From positions 147,064,001 to 147,128,000 of the forward strand of contig NC_042999.1 in NCBI RefSeq assembly GCF_006345805.1: a stretch of 64,000 bases of DNA. Direction: 5' to 3'. Below, piece after piece: positions 55,260 through 64,000 of this stretch (positions are counted from its first letter, which is position 1; every line of letters starts with the position of its first letter). The stretch comes from Octopus sinensis (taxonomy: Eukaryota). A program made the translations under genes and the position numbers. Under the pieces are notes generated by a model that was not told where the DNA came from, did not search any database, and saw only the letters and a list, made by a program, of their open reading frames with translations.

Positions 55260-56750
55260 AGAACTCGGAGCCGGTGTTGTCTCAAACATTTAACCCTAAA
55301 CAGAGAGATCCGTCCCCTAATGTCAACGTAAAATGTCGTCTTGCCCCAATGATAACAAAGCAAAATAGAAACCGAGTCCACCGTCACCCGGTTCATCAAG
55401 GACCGCGTACTCGTATGATGAACCAGATCGGGTACGAAAAATCAGCTACTGGTTCAAATCTTCCCGAAACTCAGGAACTGGAAGTACCCCACCACCGGAA
55501 TATTCCAACACATAGCCATCCACGGTCGATATCAAATAACCAAAGCAAAAGAATGGAAAATGGTGAGATAACAAAAAAGTTCTTACGGTCTTCTGTGATG
55601 CCATGTATTTCCCGACAAATAAATCTATTACTGTACGAACCTACTTAAATTGGGGACAGAAACACCTTGAACTAAGACCGTACATAGGCAGTAAAACAAA
55701 CTTGCCAACGTCAGAAGAAGCATCGGGAAAAAGAAATTACTGACTGAATTAGAGTTTGACCAAATTAAATAATCAGAAAGCGATAAAGGGAACGAAGTTC
55801 CGACTAAAGAAGATACTACTGAGGATATAATTATAGACCAAGCCAGGTCTGATGAAAATAAATGCAATAATGATTGAAAGAGTTAATGTAACTGATACGC
55901 AAAGTGGAATACTTTCTGAACCAACCCTACACACTAAGGCAGAAGAAAGTCAAATAGTTGAAGAAAGTCAGACAGAAATTAATGGGCCCAACAGAACTAT
56001 ATGATCAAAACCATCAAATCATGATTGAATGGCTGAAAATTGAAGAAACCAGTATGAATGAATCCGTCACTCTCTCAAAAGTTCGTAATTCGAACCAAAA
56101 TCTGAAAGTAATTGGTAAAATCTGCCTTGCATTTAAGGATATAATTTCAGCGAATCAACGATTGTATATGTGGTCAACAGATTAGAAAACGACAACATTC
56201 CCAGAAAAAGCGTACTTGGCTAGAGCGTATTCAACATCAAATTCAGCTACTAAGGTCTGATATAGAATGTTTAAATCCCTTAAGTATGACAAGTCTATCA
56301 AACCAACAAAAATTCGAAAATATGAAAACCATAATTGTCATCGATACAACCCTAGAAATAACCTAGCAAAAGATATGAAAAGTGCATTAGATTTTCAAGG
56401 ACAGCAACATGATAAAATTAACCCCCAAACATTTTACAGGAATATAGGGAAAATGCCAGTTACAGTAAAGTCTGTCCCGTCAAAAGAAGTGCTGGAATTT
56501 TGGAATAAGATTTGGGCAGAAGAAAAACACACAATGAAAAGACCCCTGGGATTGACTGAGTATCTATAGATTTAGACTACTTAGAAAAGCAAAAGCGGGA
56601 GGTTATCAAGGTACAGGCAGTAAGCTCTGCTCTCGGGAATTCAATCAAATGGAAGTCTCCAGGCAAGAATAATATTCCTAACTTCTAGTTGAATGCCTTC
56701 CTAGAGAGCCATGATCAAAACTTTACAACAATGTTTTGTACCAACCTAGT
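55260..56750 (+). pseudogene. Degraded R4/Dong 5' and middle region
   Basis: PQTFYRNIG..PSKEVLEFWNKIW and WKSPGKNNIPNF (WKAPGxD-like). Confidence 0.65.
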
Positions 56751-56758
56751 ATGATTCC

Positions 56759-56812
<54 letters not shown>

Positions 56813-56866
56813 ATACTACTACTACTACTAATACTGTTGCTACTTCTACTACTACTGTTGCTGCAT

Positions 56867-56898
<32 letters not shown>

Positions 56899-56952
56899 GC
56901 TAGTAGTAGTAACAGCAGCAGCAACAGTAGTAGTAGTAGTAGTAGCAGAAAC

Positions 56953-56999
<47 letters not shown>

Positions 57000-57010
<11 letters not shown>

Positions 57011-58300
57011 ACAGTACTAGTAGTAGAGAAGAAGAAGGAGAAGAGTCTCGAAGACGAAAGAGAAGAAATTGAAAGCATAAAATCTGTAACAAAGGCAACT
57101 TATTGTTCCAAGGGAAAGTGGCGTGGACTAAAAGGCGATGAACGGCTCAGTAATTAATAATTCTAAATACAGATTCAAGTTTTGAAACAATTAGATTTAT
57201 CGAAGGAAAATTTGAAATAGATTCGGCGATATGAAGGAATTTGGTAACGAAGCCAAGAAGAATTACCATCATAATGCTGAAGACTATCATTGAGAGGAAG
57301 AAATTTAATGATATTTAGAGAAAGACAATGACCAGTATCAATAACATCAATGACCTGTTAAGTTCTGATGACTCAGTTATCACAGAAATTCTAGGTATTC
57401 AACTTGAAAGTCAAAGATAAAAAAAAATTAAAGAAGAGAGGAGAGCTATGCGGAAAATAAAAATTGGAAAATATGTAAAAGTCCTAAAAATTTGCAGTTT
57501 TGTATTGACAAATGGTGCCATGATTGTAATAAAGAGATGATAAAGAGGAAATTACGGGAGGATCTGTCTTTGAGATAACAAGGAAATAGAAGGAGAAGTG
57601 AGTGAAATAAATATTTAGGCACATTGCAAGATAAGGTAGGGAAACCTTAGAAAATTAAGATTAATGATAGGAGAAAATAAAAATGGAATACCAAGTTTTT
57701 GGAAGAAATTTAAATGGAATGGACATTATTACTGAGATAATCATCTGGGCATTACAAATATTGAGATATTGTGCATACTTCGTTCGGTGGATGAGAAAAA
57801 AAGTAATGAAATGGATAGTCACATCAAACAAGAGATAAAGAACAATGGGCTTCGTGCATTCGATAGTTAGAAGATGAGAAGAAAAGAGAGAGACGAATAT
57901 ATATCAATGGAACATTATACACTTTGCCGTTGTAGGGCAACATATACAAGAACGGAGAAGAATCAGATGCGAATAAATCGACACAAGAAATGACTATAAA
58001 ATAGAATAAATAGATATAATAAATCTTGAAAGTAAAACTGATCAATCGAAAGTTAGATAAACAAAATAAAGGACTAATTGAAGCACAAAAAGATATTATT
58101 CTCATAGAGAAAAATAGCAAAATACGCGGGATTGTATGTTTTGCTGTAACACGTTACTTCAGAGGAGAACAGAATAAAACAGACACCACTTTACAATAAG
58201 CATAGTTGATCATATATCTGAGAAAACACTTTATAACTGAGAGGAAGCTTAACTCGTTTGTAAAATGTGTGATAACAATATTAAACCAATTGTTTAAAAC
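57000..58300 (+). pseudogene. Further degraded R4-like pieces
   Basis: KYLG-like, INxWAL-like and CKMC remnants with many stops. Confidence 0.35.
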
Positions 58301-59296
58301 ATAAGACATTGGCCATTAGATCCGGATAGAACGATTGAGTGTCTTTCACAAGACAGAAAGTCTACGATAGCTAAGGTGATTCCTACAGATAGCTCATTCT
58401 CGCAATTTCGGCTGCTGCCGAAATTACGAGGATGATCCGGTTCTTATATTCTGAGCCTGCATATACTCATGGAATACCATAGCTAATCCTAAGTGCCATA
58501 TTTGTTAGGCGAAGAAAGTCTCCATACTCCTCCTGTTTAGAAATGGAGTAAAAACTAAGAATGAGCTACTACACCCTTATATGCACGAAAGCAAATATTG
58601 AATTAGGGATTATAAAGAAGATACAGCTTAATGAAATTCCACCATTACCATAAATGGCGTGAAAGTTAATTATGAAACCCCATAAACAAACTACAATCGG
58701 TATAACCAAAAGCACACAAACATATTGATGGTCTATAATAAAACACATCTCGAATAACTTCAAAATACTAAATTCATTTGGACAAACTTTATTCATTCAA
58801 CTTAGTTAACTACAAATCACCTGTAACATGACAAAACTTCCCTTGTAAGTATATGACCGATCATTTTAAAATCTATCATTGAATTTATATTTAAAGCAAA
58901 AGTAATTGTATCCCATAATTTTTTATTCTTTATGCCTATACACACGTTCATATTACAGCAGCTCAAAATCTTAATTACATAACATCTCAATTTCTCAATA
59001 TATTTTCACTCTTTACCATTCATTTATTCCCCAAACACATATTAATAGTATCATAAATTTCACAAATTAATAATCTTTGCAACTATATATATCTCCATAG
59101 CCAATTTTATAACTCATCATTCGGATGAAAAATTTTTTTACAAATACATATTTACTACTACATTACTTTGTGAAAGAACTACTCAAATGACGTTCAATAA
59201 TCTGTGCATTTCTAGTTGCAATATTTATTTTTGCTTGCAATAGCCAGTTTTTTTTTTGTCAAACTATCGTAACTCCAGCTGCTTCAGAAGCCAAGA

Positions 59297-59950
<654 letters not shown>

Positions 59951-59957
<7 letters not shown>

Positions 59958-60178
59958 AATCCAAACGGGAAACAAAAAAACAACAACAATGGAACAATTA
60001 CGGAACAATTACAGTATTATTATTAATAGGCGCTCAGGAAATGGAAGCAGGGAGGTATGACGTTTCGAGCGGAGCTCTTCGTCGGAAACATAAAGAAGGA
60101 AGAGAGAGGAAAGAAAGATCCCAGAGCGGGCAACAGGGAAAGAGAAAAAAGACGACTGGTGTTTACGAGTTGCACATG

Positions 60179-60181
<3 letters not shown>
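59951..60181 (-). mobile_element. Short HHR-bearing element between (TA)n arrays
   Basis: Homologous to 5731-5920; reverse strand TTT-CCGACGA-A-GAG-CTCCG-CTC-GAAAC-GTC at ~60058-60088. Confidence 0.75.
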
Positions 60182-60228
<47 letters not shown>

Positions 60229-60230
<2 letters not shown>

Positions 60231-60335
60231 CGCAGGAGTGGGTGTGTGGTAAGTAGCTTGCTTACCAACCACATGGTTCCGGGTTCAGTCCCACTGCGTG
60301 GCATCTTGGGCAAGTGGCTTCTGCTATAGTCTCGG
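60229..60335 (+). mobile_element. SINE family B head, 3'-truncated
   Basis: ggcgcaggagtgggtgtgtggtaagtagcttgc...gggttcagtcccactgcgtggc. Confidence 0.85.
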
Positions 60336-60439
60336 GAGTCAGAGAAAGGCAGAATGCCACTAAAATTTGAAAACTATACAAATATTCCTTTAAAAAAACT
60401 TTTCTTCTAATTTTTCTAAATTTAATTATTTAATCGTTA

Positions 60440-60477
60440 CAGTTGAAAAGGTCTCAAAATGACCGAAACCGGTACTG
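60440..60477 (+). ncRNA. Minimal hammerhead with U3-A8 compensated core
   Basis: CAG-TTGAAAA-GGTC-tcaaaat-GACC-GAAAC-CG-GTA-CTG. Confidence 0.65.
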
Positions 60478-60595
60478 AAATGTTCTTTATAAAATTATTT
60501 TAGCATTTTCTATTTTGACTTGTTTTTCATATATATCAACTCGTGTGTTCCTTTTCACCCTTATACATATATATATATATATATAATATATATAT

Positions 60596-60653
<58 letters not shown>

Positions 60654-60699
60654 TAATGCACATATCTGTGTGTATACGCAAATATATATATATATAGAG

Positions 60700-60880
60700 A
60701 GAAATTAATATACTGTGAAAAAATAATAAATAACTCGAAGACAAGGTAAAGAAAGAAACAAAGTGTATTAGCTTTACACTCAGGAGAAATAGAATGAAGT
60801 CTTTTACGTCTTGAGAATACGCACTTCTACAGACAGCGTAGATAAGTAGAGAAAAGAGGAAGAACGAAATGTGTGTCAAT
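60700..60880 (-). mobile_element. Degenerate relative of the 5731/59951 HHR element
   Basis: Reverse strand CTGTAGA-AG-TGCGTATT-CTC-AAGAC-GTA-AAAG (60801-60835), in a similar layout beside (TA)n. Confidence 0.45.
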
Positions 60881-61443
60881 TACATGGTCACTGCATGCTG
60901 AAATGACAGTAAGTTGTAAAAGGTCACTAGATGCATGAATGCAAAGGAAAACCACGTTGAGGTGTGACTTGAGTCGTTGGACAACTTTGATTTTGGCATG
61001 CGTGTGAAGACAAGCATGTTTGTGTAGGGAGCTAATGTCTGCCGGTATACTCTGTTCGTTTGTGCGTGTGTATATATGTGTATGTGTGTGCGTGTGTGTT
61101 GTGCATGTATATGAGTGATTGCGCTGCTTTCTGTTTGTACATGCACGTACGAGGATGTTATGTGTGTCACAGTGAATAGAGGAAGAGAGGTAACAAAAGT
61201 AGTAAGTACTGGAAGTGTAGATGTGTTATTATATAAATATATAAATACACACACACACAGCACCCACGCACTACAATCATATCACTGTACTGATCAGCCT
61301 ATCAGCTGTTATTATGCAACGGTAGTTTCACTGCGTTCTACCTTATTATGGTAACTTTCAAATGATGCCACCCCACTGGCTAGGTGGGCTGGCGAACATT
61401 ATATCTGGACCTATATATGAATATATACCTCTCTGTATGTATA

Positions 61444-62726
61444 TAGAGTGTCTCAGAAAGATTTACCCATGTTTAAAACGTTTCTTAAAACATATCGGTT
61501 ATGGTAATATTATCTAGATTTTACATAAAAATTTGCATATTTCTTTTGTTCATGTGTCTATTGTTTCGTTCGTCTATAACAGATTTGTAAACAAACATGG
61601 CGTCGAAAGCGGAACGTGACCAGATCGTCGCTTTGAAAACAGTTAGAGTGAGGAACAAGGGAATAAAAAAAGAAAGACTATTGAATGTGCGTCGTAAAAC
61701 AGTGTTCAATATCTAGCAACGGTTGTACGGAGTCTGCTACTACCACTAGCAAGCTCATTCCTGATAGGAAACAGTAAACTCGTACCAAATTGTACTGCTG
61801 AAGCTGTGAAGAAGCGAATGAACTGAAATTCTTGCAGGAGTGCAAGAAAAACTGCAAAAACTCTTGATATTTCAAAATTGTCAACGCACAGAATTTTTAA
61901 ATAGGACGTAAAGCTAACTGCATACAAGATGTAATCTAGGTAGTTAATTCCAGCAGCTTCCAAGAAGAAGCGGCTCGACGGGGATAATACCATGTTAGGT
62001 GAGATGAAGCGCACCGCTAACAAAATGTTGATTTCGTCCGACGAGAAGATCTTCACCATGGAGGCAGTTACCAACCGACAGAATGACCGGATGTATGTAC
62101 GTGATGCAGGAGACTTGCCCGAAGTTAGTAAGAATAATTTACGTCATCAGTAGCCAGCTTCAATCATGGTGCAGGCTGCATTTGCATTTGATGTGTCCAT
62201 GTATGCCTTGATCTTCATAGATTCTAGCATCAAGATCAACGATGAAGTTTATGTGGAAATGTTCGATGAGAAAGTGTTGCCCTGGGTCACAGAATTATTT
62301 AGCGAGCGTTACATCTTCACTCAAAACCGAGCTCCGACCCACACATCCAATTTGACACAGAGGTGGTGCAAAGAGTATTTCAATGGTGTCTGGGACAAGA
62401 CGATATGGCCTCCCTCAAGTCCGGACATCAATCCTATGAACTTTGTTATCTGTTCCATCTTAGAGACTAATGCTCGCACCTATTTAAATGTGTCATATCT
62501 TAAGAAAGCCCTTCTGTCTTCGTGGGTCAAATTGGATGAAGAGGTGGTATAGTGCTCATGCAACACAGTCACCACTCGTTGGAAGGCTATGATCAAGGGA
62601 AAAGTAATTACTGCAATGGATTGACAATTTACATTTGAACGTGTGTACCAAATTCCATTATCCTACTGTAAGCTTCTTTTGAATAATTAAGAAATATGAG
62701 TGGGTAAATCTTTCTGAGACACTCTG
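61444..62726 (+). mobile_element. Full-length degenerate DD37D (maT-type) Tc1/mariner transposon
   Basis: TIRs agagtgtctcagaaagatttaccca / tgggtaaatctttctgagacactct; SDEKIFT, QN(D)RAPTH-37 aa-SPDINPMN(D); stops and frameshifts. Confidence 0.93.
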
Positions 62727-63103
62727 TGTATATGTGTATATCTGTGCGTAGATCTTTGTAGAATACAAACAAAGTATCTGTTATGGACTGTCTTTGAGAG
62801 AACTCCGTAATAAAATATTGGCAACGTTATCTGTAGAAAAAGTTGATATATGATTTTAAAAATATACTCTACTCATCTAGAAACCGGTACCAGAGCAACT
62901 CAAATACGTATATATTGCAAATAACAATAGCAACTCGTCTGTAAAGTTAGTGCAGCGATGAACGTTTTAGAGATGAAACTGTCAGTCATCACTAAACTTG
63001 CAACCTTTTGACTGTACATAAGATATACCCATTCGACAAGATATATTGAATCTTCTATTTCTCTGTAAAACTTGTTGGTAACGGCATTGAGTATTTTGTC
63101 TGC

Positions 63104-63191
<88 letters not shown>

Positions 63192-63265
63192 GAGGGAGAG
63201 AGAGATACGTATGTATGTTTGTAAGTGTGTATGTATGTATCTTTGTGTGTATGATTACATATATA

Positions 63266-63320
<55 letters not shown>

Positions 63321-63575
63321 TTATAACACTCGCACAAATAAACACACACGTCAATTGTGATGTGTTTTTTAAAAGTTATTATCGCAGTGAAGTGATTTCA
63401 GTCTGAATAATACTTTAAGAAGCTGTCTGAGAGTTCTACACATGTAAAACTTGAATCACCTGTTTAATATCATCATCACCATCGTCGTCGTTCTCATCGT
63501 CGTCATCACCATCTACCCCTTCCTTTTCATCCTCACCGTCATCATTATCATCTTCAACATCGTCGTCCTCATCAC

Positions 63576-63615
<40 letters not shown>

Positions 63616-63917
63616 TTTGTTGTTGATAGTAATTACATGTCATTTTTGTCTGGCGTTTTGATATATGTACTATATACTCTCAAATATTCAATGAATTTAT
63701 TTTGCTGAATATTGCTGAAATTCGCATATCACCTGCTCTGCGAATATGAAAAGGAAATCGCTTCTTTTGTTATTCACTTGTATTTACATATCTACATAGA
63801 ATACAATCTTAAAGTCTCTCTTATTTGTGTTATTGTTTTTGATTACGTTCATAAGTTTGAGCATCTTTATGAGAAAAAGCATTACCGATGAGCCTAACTC
63901 GTCTTTATTATATCTAA

Positions 63918-64000
63918 TAATCCTTTCTATTTTAGGTACAAGGCCTGGAATTTGTGGAGTCAGGGACAGTCTATCACATTGTACCCAGTACTTAACTGGT
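63918..64000 (-). mobile_element. SINE family A tail, degenerate, runs off the window
   Basis: tttcta...taggtacaaggcc...aactggt resembles 365-450. Confidence 0.55.

Noticed and set aside
62828-62895. CTGTAGA...GAAACCGGTA
   Set aside because: It has a palindromic stem III like 60440, but the core and stem II do not fold convincingly.
63710-63772. CTGAA-ATTCGCA/TGCGAAT-ATGAAA hairpin
   Set aside because: The core is incomplete and there is no NUH or stem I.

Overview
AT-rich eukaryotic DNA, almost entirely repeats. The SINE/LINE families and very dense (TA)n, (CA)n, (GA)n, (TAA)n and (TATC)n arrays are consistent with a coleoid cephalopod such as Octopus (inference). I found no convincing intact host gene; nearly all listed ORFs are microsatellite translations or TE fragments. 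Recognisable TEs: tRNA-headed SINEs (some internally multimerised between one pair of TSDs), a 5'-truncated CR1/L2-group LINE, several R4/Dong-type LINE pieces in (TAA)n, degraded RTE LINEs, three Tc1/mariner lineages (mariner, DD37D, DD41D), Helitrons, a probable piggyBac relic and a Penelope-like (PLE) GIY-YIG 3' end. The most interesting signal is a set of about 8-10 minimal type-I hammerhead ribozyme (HHR) motifs in short non-coding elements. Most are lodged in (TA)n arrays and several lie within inverted repeats, including a ~1 kb head-to-head palindrome with one HHR per arm. Variants include a U3-A8 compensated core, loop-less palindromic stem III (obligate dimers), a ~100-nt stem II, and a tRNA-like Pol III promoter just upstream of the HHR in the PLE end. 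There are also several templated local duplications. All folds and alignments were made by eye, so coordinates are approximate to a few bases.
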